Assembly: GCA_963728405.1 (NCBI GenBank)
Contig: CAVSJV010000002.1
Location: forward strand, 64,001-128,000
Origin: Methanomassiliicoccaceae archaeon
GTDB taxonomy: Archaea > Thermoplasmatota > Thermoplasmata > Methanomassiliicoccales > Methanomassiliicoccaceae
Reading direction: 5' to 3'
DNA: 64,000 bases
Shown here piece after piece: positions 50,982-61,280 of this stretch. The first letter of the stretch is position 1; each line of letters starts with the position of its first letter. The position numbers were made by a program, and so were the translations under genes. The notes under the pieces are model-generated. The model ran no database searches. It was given only the letters and a program-made list of their open reading frames with translations, and was not told the DNA's origin.

Positions 50982-51959
50982 CTAGTAGCCGGTCTGGTCC
51001 TTTCTAGTGCGGGAGATCATCTCGAACATACCGCCTTTAGTGATGTCCACGATGCCGAACACGGCCACCGCCTCCTTCTTTCTGATGATCGGTACGACCA
51101 CCACTGGTACGCCACGATACGGTCCGGAAGGTGATATCTTCCTGATCACCATGCTTTTCTTCAGCGATTCCTCGAGGACCGGGCCCGTGTAGTTGGTGTC
51201 TAACACCTCGCCATCCTCGCACCTGACCCCGTAGTTGTTCTTGCTTCGCATAGTGACCGGGAGTCTTCCGACCAGTTCGTGGACTGCCAGCGCAAGGCAC
51301 TTTAGGTCCTCGGCCTCGGTGTCAGGGCTTATTAGGCCCGATGGAGAGCCCTCCTTCCAGCAGGGTTTGGACTGATCGCTCAGAGAGAGGCCAGCTGTGA
51401 CCGCCCCTTTCTCGGCGACCTCGTATGAGTTCGCCGTCCCGATGATCACCACATCGTTCTCCTCGATGGAGAAGGCCGAGCGGATGGGTGCCAACCTGAC
51501 CTGGTCCGGTTCGGCCTTGTCGCCGGGAAAGAAGAGCTTGCCGTTCTTGGCTATAAGGGTGGTCGCCCCGACCGCCCCGGCCCGAACAGCCTCGTCCCTT
51601 TGCTCATAGCCCGTCCCGATCCGGTCGGCCATTCCTTTGACCAGGACCGCACAATCCTGAGTGGATATCGTAAGGCCTTCGATCTTTACAGGGGCGGCGG
51701 TGATGCCAGAAGTACGGAACTGTTTGATTCCCCGGTCGGTGAGCACGGCGCCCAGCTTAGTGTTCTCCACCGAACCCTCTCGGATCATCTTATCCAGGAT
51801 GGTTCGGGTGCTTCCTTCGCCGATCCCCAATGTCTGGGACAGGGCCTTGCGGCCTATCGGTCCCTTTTCATTGATGATGTCGTAGGTCTTCCAAACGTGG
51901 AACAAGGAGAACTTGGGGGTAGGCCCCCCTCCAGAATAGGCCTGGAACTTAAGAACCAT
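50982..51959 (-). CDS. Winged-HTH transcriptional regulator with DUF4443-like and C-terminal DUF2111-like domains
   Basis: GGPTPKFS..H, PIGRKALSQTLGIGEGSTRT HTH, EQRDEAVRAGAVGAT, LPVTMRS...GVR.EDG.V.D.NYTGPVLE...GPYRGVPV. Confidence 0.85.
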   Translation of the reverse strand: MVLKFQAYSGGGPTPKFSLFHVWKTYDIINEKGPIGRKALSQTLGIGEGSTRTILDKMIREGSVENTKLGAVLTDRGIKQFRTSGITAAPVKIEGLTISTQDCAVLVKGMADRIGTGYEQRDEAVRAGAVGATTLIAKNGKLFFPGDKAEPDQVRLAPIRSAFSIEENDVVIIGTANSYEVAEKGAVTAGLSLSDQSKPCWKEGSPSGLISPDTEAEDLKCLALAVHELVGRLPVTMRSKNNYGVRCEDGEVLDTNYTGPVLEESLKKSMVIRKISPSGPYRGVPVVVVPIIRKKEAVAVFGIVDITKGGMFEMISRTRKDQTGY

Positions 51960-51969
51960 CTAGGGGGTT

Positions 51970-51999
51970 GGATGGTCTATCCATCCTATATCCTTTTCG
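51970..51999 (-). promoter_or_regulatory. Palindrome GGATGG-TCTAT-CCATCC between the regulator's TATA-like element and start codon
   Basis: Perfect 6-5-6 repeat at 51970-51986; minus strand reads CGAAAAGGATATA-site-10 nt-ATG. Confidence 0.7.
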
Positions 52000-52080
52000 C
52001 CAAGTTCCACACATGGCCTATATGGTGTCGTATATAATGGGGGAAGACTATATACTGTTAATAAAGGATGTCGGGATGTT

Positions 52081-53706
52081 ATGACTGAGTCATCGGATGC
52101 ATTCGTAATTATTCTCAATGTCAGTAAAAAATTCGGCGGCTCTTACGCTCTAAGGGATGTGAGCGCCACCATCAGGTCCGGAGAGATACTCGGGCTCATA
52201 GGACGTAGTGGTGCGGGCAAGTCTGTTCTCATCAATATGTTGAGGGGAACCCCTGATTACCGGCCCGACTCTGGCAAGGTCATTTATCGATTCAATTCCT
52301 GCAATGCCTGTGGATGGGTCGAACTCCCCTTCGAGGGAAAGAGATGCGGCAAGTGCGGCCGGGACATGAAAATAAAGGAGGTCGACTTTTGGGCCCTTGA
52401 CGATGAGGACCCCCTCAAGACCCAGATACGGCGGCGCATTGCCATCATGCTGCAGAGGACCTTCGCCCTGTTCGGAGACATGACGGTCATCGAGAACGTA
52501 TTCGAGGCATTGGGCGAGCACATGCCTGAGAAGCAAAAGGTCGACCGGGCGTTGGAATTGCTAAGGATGGTCAAATTGGACCATCGTATCACTCACATCG
52601 CCAGGGACCTGTCGGGCGGAGAGAAACAGAGATGTGTCCTGGCACGACAACTGGCCAAGGATCCCATATTGTTCCTGGCCGACGAACCTACCGGAACTCT
52701 AGATCCTCAGACGGCCGACATCGTGCACCAGGTGCTTATCGATTCGGTGAAGAAGAGTGGCATGGCCATGGTCGTGACCTCACACTGGCCTAAGGCCATC
52801 AACACCATGGCCGATCGGGCGGTGTGGCTGGAATCGGGCGAGATGATGAAGATCGGGAAGCCTGTTGATGTCACCACCGAGTTCATGGTGGGTTTCGACC
52901 CTAGGACCGAGGACCATGTCGATATAGGTCAACCGCTAGTAAAGATCGAGGACGTCAAGCGTTACTATTATTCTTACACGAGGGGTGTAGTGAAGGCCGT
53001 CGATGGCGTTTCCATCGAGGTTGGGGAGAAAGAGATAGTAGGTCTGGTCGGGCTGTCCGGCGCGGGTAAGACGACAATCTCGCGTATGATCGCTGGGATA
53101 TGCGAACCATCCGATGGCAAGATATCGGTGCGCATTGGCGACGATTGGGTCAACATGGCCGAGCCAGGCCCGGAAGGGAAAGGGCGAGCGACCCAGTATA
53201 TCGGGATCCTGCATCAGGAGTTCTCCCTATACCCGTTCGATACTATATTGCAAAACCTAACTGTGTGCATCGGGATGAACCTTCCAGCAGAGCTGGCTAA
53301 AATGAAGGTCATCCAGGTGCTCCTAGGGGTCGGCTTTACTCGCCAGGAGGTGGAGCGCATCCTTTACGCTTATCCGGATAATCTGTCAGTGGGGGAGAAA
53401 CAGCGGGTGGCCCTCGCCCAGGTGCTTATACGGGAGCCGCGGATTGTCATTCTGGACGAGCCGACAGGTACCATGGACCCCATTACTAAGTTGTCGGTAG
53501 CGAAGTCCGTTCTCCATGCCCGAAAGGAGCTGGGAGAGACCTTCCTCATAGTATCGCATGACATGGACTTCGTCATCAATTGCTGCGACCGCGCCGCTAT
53601 AATGAAGGACGGCAAGGTCGTCGCGATGGGAGATCCTAAGGGCATCGTCGGACACCTGACCGAAAAGGAATCGGAGATCATGTTGCGAGGCGGTGCGGAG
53701 CAGTGA
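52081..53706 (+). CDS. atwA: MCR system component A2 (ABC-type ATPase)
   Basis: Two NBDs ([16 protein letters not shown]), CxxC..CxxC insert, [25 protein letters not shown]. Confidence 0.96.
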   Translation: MTESSDAFVIILNVSKKFGGSYALRDVSATIRSGEILGLIGRSGAGKSVLINMLRGTPDYRPDSGKVIYRFNSCNACGWVELPFEGKRCGKCGRDMKIKEVDFWALDDEDPLKTQIRRRIAIMLQRTFALFGDMTVIENVFEALGEHMPEKQKVDRALELLRMVKLDHRITHIARDLSGGEKQRCVLARQLAKDPILFLADEPTGTLDPQTADIVHQVLIDSVKKSGMAMVVTSHWPKAINTMADRAVWLESGEMMKIGKPVDVTTEFMVGFDPRTEDHVDIGQPLVKIEDVKRYYYSYTRGVVKAVDGVSIEVGEKEIVGLVGLSGAGKTTISRMIAGICEPSDGKISVRIGDDWVNMAEPGPEGKGRATQYIGILHQEFSLYPFDTILQNLTVCIGMNLPAELAKMKVIQVLLGVGFTRQEVERILYAYPDNLSVGEKQRVALAQVLIREPRIVILDEPTGTMDPITKLSVAKSVLHARKELGETFLIVSHDMDFVINCCDRAAIMKDGKVVAMGDPKGIVGHLTEKESEIMLRGGAEQ

Positions 53707-54305
53707 AGGACCAGATCGGCCGGCACATGAGCTTCGTGGAGTGCCGGGAATCGCGCGGTCTCGGCGTGGGGGGCGGTCTCGCTCAACGGGCCACGATCTC
53801 CGAGAGCGGCCGGGATGTCGTCGCGGTGGCCATGGGGCCGGGGAAAAGGCACATCACCAAGCCGGTATGCGAGATCACCTATGCTCTAAGGGAGGAAGGC
53901 ATCGACACAAGCGTCATTGTGGTCAACGCCGGCTCGGGTGTTCCAGCCGATGCCCCGGACGTTAGCACCGGCTCGATCTTTGGTCTTGACCAGATCGAGA
54001 TCGACCGCATACAGCAGTTCAAGATCGCGCTCATACACCTGGGAAATGTGCGCAACCACATCATCTATAAAGCGAGGCTCATTCTGCGCAATGTGGATCT
54101 GCCCGCAGTGGTGGTGTGCCAGGCTCCCGTCGATTTCGAGGACTTCGCCCGCATCGGGGTCAAGACCCGCCTGGTCATGCCTCGCAAGGAGGACATCGCC
54201 ACCAAGGGCACGATCATGGAGATCGTGCCTGGTATAGTGAGGGGGACGACCGCTCCACAGAACAAGCTGGATGAGATCGTCTCCAAGGTCCGCCGCAACC
54301 TGTGA
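53703..54305 (+). CDS. mcrC: MCR operon protein C
   Basis: [35 protein letters not shown]. Confidence 0.95.
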   Translation: MKDQIGRHMSFVECRESRGLGVGGGLAQRATISESGRDVVAVAMGPGKRHITKPVCEITYALREEGIDTSVIVVNAGSGVPADAPDVSTGSIFGLDQIEIDRIQQFKIALIHLGNVRNHIIYKARLILRNVDLPAVVVCQAPVDFEDFARIGVKTRLVMPRKEDIATKGTIMEIVPGIVRGTTAPQNKLDEIVSKVRRNL

Positions 54306-54311
54306 GCTCTA

Positions 54312-54878
54312 TCACTCGAGGTCGAAGCCTACTAGGTGGGTCCACTGATTGGGAGCAGTATAGCCCATGACCCTACGGACGAGATCATCCGACATGGTAG
54401 AAACACTTCCGGAGGTCACCCTGGTCACCCCGGGAACGTCCTCGATATAGTGGAACTTGATCTCGTCGATCAGGAAGTACGGCTCGCCGGAGATATCGAC
54501 CTCTGGATGCATAAGGAAGTCCTCGGACAGGAATGAGGCCTCGGGGTCCCTCTCCAGGATCTCCACCCTCTGCTCTGGGGTCACATACTCGCCCATGATC
54601 TGCCCCTTCTGGTCCAGCATGAACAGCAGGCCCTTGTTATCGACGAGCAGGTGGGTGTTGCCGACCAGGATGAGACTTACCTCGCGGGCCAGCGCTTCCC
54701 AGACGCCCTTGTTCACGAAGGGCATGAGCCCGGCACAGGCACCGTTCTTCTCGGCCAGTATCTCCAGTCGAGTGATCTCCTCCTTGAGGTCGGGGTCGAG
54801 GAACCTCATGTCCTCGACACCGGGGATCTCGCGCACCCTCTTCTCCACTTCGGCCAGGACTGTCTGTCGGTCCATCAT
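54312..54878 (-). CDS. Uncharacterised protein, paralog of 49579-50136
   Basis: NKGV..AL.R, GQIMGEYV.P, LSEDFLMHP, VTSGSVS...D, LVGFD; purine-rich RBS before Met 54878. Confidence 0.8.
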   Translation of the reverse strand: MMDRQTVLAEVEKRVREIPGVEDMRFLDPDLKEEITRLEILAEKNGACAGLMPFVNKGVWEALAREVSLILVGNTHLLVDNKGLLFMLDQKGQIMGEYVTPEQRVEILERDPEASFLSEDFLMHPEVDISGEPYFLIDEIKFHYIEDVPGVTRVTSGSVSTMSDDLVRRVMGYTAPNQWTHLVGFDLE

Positions 54879-55011
54879 ACCCTCTTCCGCATATGCATTG
54901 AGCTGCCGAGATTTTATTGTTGTGACAGTTGGACCCAACATCCCAGAGCTGCCAGGTAGTTACACCGGGAGAAAGGATAATAACTCCATTGTGCTTTCAG
55001 AAAATGACCAG

Positions 55012-56750
55012 ATGTTGCTGACAGTCAATGGGAAAGAGAAGAACATCGAGACGGGGGCTCGGCTTTCTGAAGCTATCAATGGCGAGCCGTACAATGCCGG
55101 TGCGCTCATCGCCGTCACTCGTTCCACCAGCTCGATGCAAAAGGAGACCAGCGAGTTCGAGATCGTCACCTTAAAAGGCGCGTTTGTCATCCGTCTCAAT
55201 GATTCCGAGTTTGCCAAGAGCTGGCGGGAGCTCATTCCCCAAATAGTGGGCAGCGGGGTCCGCTGGCAGAGCACCAAGGTGGTGGCGGTCGGCTCGTTCC
55301 CCTCGTCCCTGGAAGTAGATAGGGGCCGTTACCGTTACTCAAGGTACGATTGCTTCTTCGCCCTGGGGGGCTTCGACAATCGCTCCACCTACATGATGAT
55401 GGCCAAGATCGATCACGAGGCCGGTTATGGTGTCAAGGACGGCCGCTTCGGACGGGTCACCCGAGGCCGTCACATCCTGAAGGAGATCGAAGAGGGCGAG
55501 AGGATAGAGGCCATCCGGCCAGTGGTGCTCGAACTGTCCGAGAAGGATGCCTTCGTCACCACGGACCTTGATCTCGTGCTGGAGGAAGGCATGTCCGTCG
55601 ACACCTGCGTGCAGGTCGCCCTGGACCACCGGTCCCCGGTCAGCTGCGAGCAGTTCCTGGTCATCACCAATGGCAACCGGTTCAACATCACTGATCGCAC
55701 CGCAACCTATTCGGCCAACTCCGAACGCATGGATGTGTCGCTCATCCCTGAGCACGTCGAGGTGCGGGAAGATGGGACATGACCGTCCGTCACGGCGGTT
55801 CCTTCACCGGACGGGTCTACCTTTACCGCAAGCGACGGCAGCTGTCCCAAGCCCACAATCTGGTCGGCAAGATAACTGCGGGAATGGAACTGGTCCGACT
55901 CGCTCCCCAGGGTTCGTTCATCACTCTCATCAACACCCCCTCGAGGATCATGTCCATCGGCATGACCCAGAAGGAGGCCGGGGCCTTCCTGGAAGCGAGG
56001 GGATTGAAGCAGAGGAGGACCGGGCAGGTCGACGACCTGGCGCTGGTGGCGGAGCAGGAACCCGAGCTGACCATGGAGATCAAGGACGGCGAGGAGGTCG
56101 AGACGTTCGGCGTGCTGCCTGAAAAAGTCTCGGTCTGGGAGTTCGATGATGAACGCTCGTCCCGCACCTCTCACTATGTCCGCAAGATGACCGGACTGGA
56201 CCACAAGCCCATCGGCACGATGAAGGTGTTCTTCACTTTCCAGGACATGCCCATGATCACCTTCGAGGGGAATCCCAGGGAGGCTTCGGTCCTGTTACCG
56301 GAGAATCCCTTCGAGGACGAGTCGCCGCGCGGGCAGGTCGGTGTCACCAACATGTCCCGTCCTAATCGGGGAACCATCGGCATACGCCTGGAAGCGAGTC
56401 CAGAGTTCGGTCCGACCGGGGAAGAGCGCTACGGTACCAATGCTGTAGGCAGAGTGGTATCGGACATCGACACCATGTTGCGCGGGGTAAAGGACGGTGA
56501 CATCATCTACCTGCGAGAGCGGATGGCCGGAGAACAGTTCATGGCTACCGCTCCCGCCAAGAGGCCGGAACTTACCATGGACGAGATCACCGAGATCGCC
56601 CGACGGGCCGAGTTCATGGAACATGCCCCGCCCACCGGACCGTTCCAAGGGGCGGCCAGCGAGACCGGGGAGAGGCAGAAGGCCAATAGGCCGGCCCAGA
56701 AGAGGACCACGGGGGGAAGACCACGAGCGAAGAAACCGAAACAAGAATGA
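55012..56750 (+). CDS. mmp3: Methanogenesis marker protein 3 (1-nt deletion near 55775)
   Basis: VRWQS...VAVG.F, LGGFD, YFRK-like YVRKMTGL...PIG.MKV, GVTNMS, IGIRL....EFGPTGE..GTN.VG. Confidence 0.88.
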
Positions 56751-57148
56751 TCGTGATCGCACCCAGTTCCGAGCTCGCGCCGGACCAGGTGTCAAGATTC
56801 ATCCATTCACTGGGCCTGGACCTGAAAGTCAAAGAGACCTGCTATGGGGCGAACATCGAGGGACCTCGGGACCAGGTAAGAAAGGCGATGGTCGAGGTGC
56901 GCAAGCTGGACCCCAACCGGATATTCACCAAGATCCGGGCCTTCCCCATCGGCGACGAGCGTAGATGCCGGGCCCATCATGGATCGAGACCGGGATTCCC
57001 GCAACTGGAGAAGGAGTGGAAGGACCTGTCGCTTATCGATAAGGGACTGTGCGCGGCGGACTGTGGCGAGGTTTGCGTCGAGCGGCCCAAGCCCGAGAGG
57101 CTGCCGATCAAGAGGCTTCAGGAGATAGTCGACGAGGTGATGAGATGA
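56747..57148 (+). CDS. mmp6: Methanogenesis marker protein 6
   Basis: VKETCYG..IEG, IF.K.R.FPIGD.RRCRA..G.RPGF.QLE.E. Confidence 0.9.
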   Translation: MIVIAPSSELAPDQVSRFIHSLGLDLKVKETCYGANIEGPRDQVRKAMVEVRKLDPNRIFTKIRAFPIGDERRCRAHHGSRPGFPQLEKEWKDLSLIDKGLCAADCGEVCVERPKPERLPIKRLQEIVDEVMR

Positions 57149-57579
57149 AAGTGTTCATTGTACCGCCCAACAGTCTGATCCTATACGATCTGGTCGAGCG
57201 CTTCGGCCATGAGCCCCTATCGCTTATGGGCGAGCTGCGTGAGCATGTGGTCAAGCCGGAAGTGGAATCGCCCCCCCTAAATCTGTCCCAGGAGGACATC
57301 ATGAAGGGCTTGAAGTATGCCGGTATCGAGGTACCGTCGGGCGTCCGGGGTCGACTCGCCATATGGGGGCCGTTGGTCGACCAGGCTGAAGCGGCCATCA
57401 TCATGCATGACATGCCATACACCTTCGGATGCGTCGGCTGCCATCGTACCAACCTCATGCTCATGTACCTAGTGCGGAAGAAGAAGATCCCCACCCTGGA
57501 GATACATTACCCCCATGACGAAGAGGAGGCCAAGGTCATGGTCAGCAAGATCAAAGGCTTCTTGGAGGGATTGAAATGA
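57145..57579 (+). CDS. mmp5: Methanogenesis marker protein 5
   Basis: [43 protein letters not shown]. Confidence 0.9.
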   Translation: MKVFIVPPNSLILYDLVERFGHEPLSLMGELREHVVKPEVESPPLNLSQEDIMKGLKYAGIEVPSGVRGRLAIWGPLVDQAEAAIIMHDMPYTFGCVGCHRTNLMLMYLVRKKKIPTLEIHYPHDEEEAKVMVSKIKGFLEGLK

Positions 57580-58808
57580 CCATCAAGATTGCACAATTAT
57601 CGTGCGGAACAGAGTACTCAGGAATCCAGTCGGAGATCGAGCGGGCGGCCTCTACCGTGGGCGGCAAGATGGTCTATCCGGACGTGGCGTTCGATGACAT
57701 CGACCGTTCGGTGGAGGAGTTCGGCTTCGAGCCAGCCTCGCCTCAGCTGAGGATGATGATCGCTCGGGCCAAGGCCCTCGCCGACGGCCACTATGACGCC
57801 GACGCGGTGTTCATCGCCACCTGCTTCCGTTGCGCCGAGGGCGCCCTGGTCAGGAACGAGGTCCGGCGATACATCCAGGAGCACACCAAGCTGCCGGTCG
57901 TTACCTACTCGTTTACGGAGCGGATGAAGGCCGCCCAGTTGTTGACCCGGATGGAGGCCCTGGTGACCATCGTATCCAAGAAGGAGCTGCTGGCGAGGGA
58001 GAGGCAGGTCGGCCTCACCGCCGGCATCGACTCCGGCTCGTCGACCACCAAGGCCATGATCCTTCGGGACAACGAGATCATCGGCAAGGCCTGGACACCC
58101 ACTGGAGATGTGCTGGGAACGGCTATGGAGGTGCTAGAGAAGGCACTGGCCGAGGCCGGGGTCAAGCAGTCGCAGCTCGAGGGAGTTGGTGTCACTGGCT
58201 ACGGGCGGTTCCTTATCGGCAAAAAGATCAATGCCAAGCTGATCCAGGAAGAGCTCACGGTGAACAGCAAGGGAGCGGTTTGGCTCGCCGACAGGCAGAA
58301 AGGAGAGGCGACGATCATCGACATCGGAGGGATGGACAACAAGGCCATCACTGTCCGGGACGGCATCCCGGACAACTTTACCATGGGGGGCATCTGTGCC
58401 GGCGCATCTGGTCGGTTCCTGGAGATGGTCTCCAAGCGGCTGCGGGTGGAGATCGAGAACCTCGGCCCGATGGCCGACAAGGGCGACTGGAGGAAGGTCA
58501 ACATGAACTCCTACTGCTCGGTGTTCGGCATCCAGGACCTGGTGACCTCGCTCGCCGGTGGCTCCACTATGGAGGACGTCGCCGCCGCGGCGTGCCACTC
58601 CGTGGCCGAACAGGTGTATGAGCAGCAGCTGCAGGAGATCGACGTCCGACAGCCGGTAATACAGGTGGGGGGCACTTCGCTCATAAGTGGCCTAGTGACC
58701 GCGGTCGGGGACATGGTTGGGTCGAAACCGATCATCCCGCCACATTCTCAGTACATCGGAGCGGCCGGAGCGAGCCTGCTGGCCTCAGGGTTCCTAGAGG
58801 GGCTGTGA
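57576..58808 (+). CDS. mmp15: Methanogenesis marker protein 15 (CoA-activase-type ATPase)
   Basis: [45 protein letters not shown]. Confidence 0.92.
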   Translation: MTIKIAQLSCGTEYSGIQSEIERAASTVGGKMVYPDVAFDDIDRSVEEFGFEPASPQLRMMIARAKALADGHYDADAVFIATCFRCAEGALVRNEVRRYIQEHTKLPVVTYSFTERMKAAQLLTRMEALVTIVSKKELLARERQVGLTAGIDSGSSTTKAMILRDNEIIGKAWTPTGDVLGTAMEVLEKALAEAGVKQSQLEGVGVTGYGRFLIGKKINAKLIQEELTVNSKGAVWLADRQKGEATIIDIGGMDNKAITVRDGIPDNFTMGGICAGASGRFLEMVSKRLRVEIENLGPMADKGDWRKVNMNSYCSVFGIQDLVTSLAGGSTMEDVAAAACHSVAEQVYEQQLQEIDVRQPVIQVGGTSLISGLVTAVGDMVGSKPIIPPHSQYIGAAGASLLASGFLEGL

Positions 58809-59366
58809 TGAGCGAGGAGGATGAGAGCTTCGCGTTCCAGAACTTCGATACTATCTTCCGTCAGATCCTGCAGGATCTGGGGGTCACCCGCAGCGTAGAG
58901 GTCTTCAAGATCCTGGCCGACCCCGACGAGCCCTACTTCCTCGTCTCCATGAAGTTGGGTCGGGCGCGCTCGGCCATCAAGGTCTCGGACATGGCCCAGC
59001 TCAACGAGCACACCGGGGGTACGGCCATCACCATAACCGATGAGAACTGGGCCCCGGCGCTCCTCACTAAGCTGTGGCAGCAATATGGTCGGGACCGCGT
59101 CGAACAGCTCACCCGGTTCGAACTGCTGGTGCGGGGGGCGTCCGTCGGAAGAGCTTACCGCGCTGGAACTTGATCCAGGCGAGGAGCTTAAGAGCAAGTT
59201 GCTGGACGCGGTGTGGAGGATGTTCCCGGAGGGTTTCAAGGTCCGTTACGAGATAGCCGATGATAGGGTCATGACCATCATCGGTACGGAGCACGATATG
59301 AAGGAGAAGTGGATGGACCTGGCCAAGAAGGTGCACCATGAGATGCGGGACGCGGAGGCGCAGTGA
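58808..59366 (+). CDS. mmp17: Methanogenesis marker protein 17 (extra base near 59135)
   Basis: DP.EP.F.V, I.DE.WAP.LL..LW..YG...VEQ..RF, RMFPEGFKV; conserved position between mmp15 and mmp7. Confidence 0.85.
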
Positions 59367-60304
59367 TGTACGAGGTCCTGATGTACGATGGGGGCGTCTA
59401 CAAGGTCAACGAACTCTATGAGCTGGTGGAGGACGTCGGCGGTTTCATCATCCAGAAGACCCAGATCCAGGTCCAGATCATGGTGACCATGGCCATCCCA
59501 GAGGAGGAGCGGCCGGCCATCGAGGCCAAGACCCGTGAGCTGGGAGGAAAGATCGTCAATGTGCCCCTGGCCGGAACAGAGATCGCCGTAGTGGCGCCGA
59601 CATTAGGGAGGCACCATATGCCCCACCCTACCTGTGATATCGCGGAGCAGCTGCGCCGGCTCGGTGCGATCACCGTGGTGATGGGCCTGGCCCGGGGCAA
59701 AGGCCGTCGCACGGCCCAGATCAACGCCGACGAGAAGGCGGTGATCGAGGAGTACGACGCCGCGGTGTTCGTCCTAGGCAACTTCAAGGATTGCATACTT
59801 GAGCATAAGGTGCGGTTGTTCGAGGATATCCAGGTTCCGGTGACCGCGGTGTGCGGGCCGCAGATCGACTCCCTCCCCAATTGCGAGGCCTTGGTATGCG
59901 GCGTAGGTCGGAAGGTAGAGAGGATGCGCCGGGAGGAGGAGATCGCCCGGCTGGACGATGTCTCCGAAGCGATGGAAAAGGTGGTCAAGGGCCGGCGCAA
60001 GGAGCTGGAGGAGGACCCCCTCTTCGTTCACCCCGCCGAGGTCAAGGAGCGCATCGCCGAGCTGGAAGCGGTCCAGAGGAGCCTGCGTCCCGCGCCAGTG
60101 GTCCTTCACCTGGATGGCTTGAGGGTAAAGATCCCCTACCAGGAATGGAAGGAACAGATCGCCGCGGTGGAAGTGTATGGTCATCGGCTGGGGGACATAT
60201 CCACGCTGTCCGATTCCCGCCTGGGCGGAAGCACCCTCATTAAGATCAAGACCCGCTCTGAGGTCGAGGCCCAGGACGCCAAAGGCCGGATGAGCGGTGG
60301 ATGA
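59366..60304 (+). CDS. mmp7: Methanogenesis marker protein 7
   Basis: GGVYK..EL.ELVEDVGG, PLAGTEIAVV.PTL.RHHMPHP.CDI.E, GLARG.G, GNFKDC. Confidence 0.92.
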   Translation: MYEVLMYDGGVYKVNELYELVEDVGGFIIQKTQIQVQIMVTMAIPEEERPAIEAKTRELGGKIVNVPLAGTEIAVVAPTLGRHHMPHPTCDIAEQLRRLGAITVVMGLARGKGRRTAQINADEKAVIEEYDAAVFVLGNFKDCILEHKVRLFEDIQVPVTAVCGPQIDSLPNCEALVCGVGRKVERMRREEEIARLDDVSEAMEKVVKGRRKELEEDPLFVHPAEVKERIAELEAVQRSLRPAPVVLHLDGLRVKIPYQEWKEQIAAVEVYGHRLGDISTLSDSRLGGSTLIKIKTRSEVEAQDAKGRMSGG

Positions 60305-60756
60305 GGTCGTCTGTGAAGAAGGCGGCCCGGACCCCCGGCGCGTACATCCTCCTTTTCCGTCTCCCTCGCTGCGAGGATATGACCGTCGGCCGTCTGGGCA
60401 CCTTTGACCTTGCGTCAGGTCATTATGCTTATGTCGGCTCGGCCAGGGGCGGCCTGGAAGCACGGGTTGGGCGGCATCTGCGAGGTGGGGGAAAGAAACA
60501 CTGGCATATCGACTACCTAACGGAGAGGGCGGTCGATCTAGGTGCATATGTGTTCCCATCCGGCCAGGACATCGAATGCGAGCTTGCCAAGATGGTCGCG
60601 GGGCTGCCTGGTGCAACGATGCCGATCAGAAGGTTTGGCAGCTCTGATTGCCGCTGTATCTCTCATCTTTTCTTATTGGACGGGAAGGCCATCGAAGCGC
60701 TATCGGCCAAGATGTCGGAACGTGGTTCCAAGCCGTTGATGGCAGATCAGCGCTAG
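60301..60756 (+). CDS. GIY-YIG/Uri-superfamily (DUF123-like) nuclease
   Basis: GAYILL, VGRLG, YAYVGSA, R..RH...HWHIDYL, EC, FGSSDCRC.SHL. Confidence 0.88.
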   Translation: MRSSVKKAARTPGAYILLFRLPRCEDMTVGRLGTFDLASGHYAYVGSARGGLEARVGRHLRGGGKKHWHIDYLTERAVDLGAYVFPSGQDIECELAKMVAGLPGATMPIRRFGSSDCRCISHLFLLDGKAIEALSAKMSERGSKPLMADQR

Positions 60757-60879
60757 ATATCATTTGATCAGAGCAGGAGGCCCGGGTGATGAGGCCGGTC
60801 AATCTCCAAAGGTCTGGCCATTTCACCAACGATGGCTGCTTGAAAACGTATAAGTATGATGAATATCTAATACGATAAC

Positions 60880-61174
60880 GCTCAGAGGCGGAATGTGCCT
60901 TTGAGAGGCCTGATGGAGTTCGTGTCCATTCAAGGATGGTCTTGGACCCATCTCGTTCCATCTGCGGTCACAGTACTGCAGTATGCGACCCCGCTGAGAT
61001 AGAGGCTGTCAGTGCGAAGTTGCATATCCGAACCCTCTAAAAATCAACAGTGTCCGTGATAACGGCCTGACCTGGGTAGGAATGGTGCTCATTGGACCAG
61101 AGCGAGGTGATTGCCAGGAGATCAATGAGACCGCTCAAAGACGCGACGTGAACTCTGGGCGCCCCCCCTTTTTT
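60880..61174 (+). ncRNA. Candidate structured small RNA (unassigned)
   Basis: TATA-like TATAAGTA at 60849, several helices, C7-T6 tract at end; no + strand ORF of 60 aa or more. Confidence 0.3.
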
Positions 61175-61280
61175 CCGGACCCCCATAGCAGTGCTTTTCT
61201 ATGCCCTCCTCGGGGATAGATTTCATATATGTTAATGCGACTATCAGGTCAAGATTCCGACTTAACCCAGGAGGCAAAAA

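Noticed and set aside
42860-59140. Programmed frameshifting controlling ycaO, mmp3 and mmp17
   Set aside because: Indels hit unrelated genes at a similar rate and share no slippery site or stimulator.
60301-60756. GIY-YIG gene as a homing endonuclease or mobile element
   Set aside because: It matches the short housekeeping DUF123-like type; no intron, intein or terminal repeats were seen.
60907-60930. GATGGAGTTCG resembling the fluoride (crcB) riboswitch 5' motif
   Set aside because: The closing stem and downstream AUAAAC/CUGAUGACUCC pseudoknot partner are not evident, and the downstream gene is not a typical fluoride-response gene.
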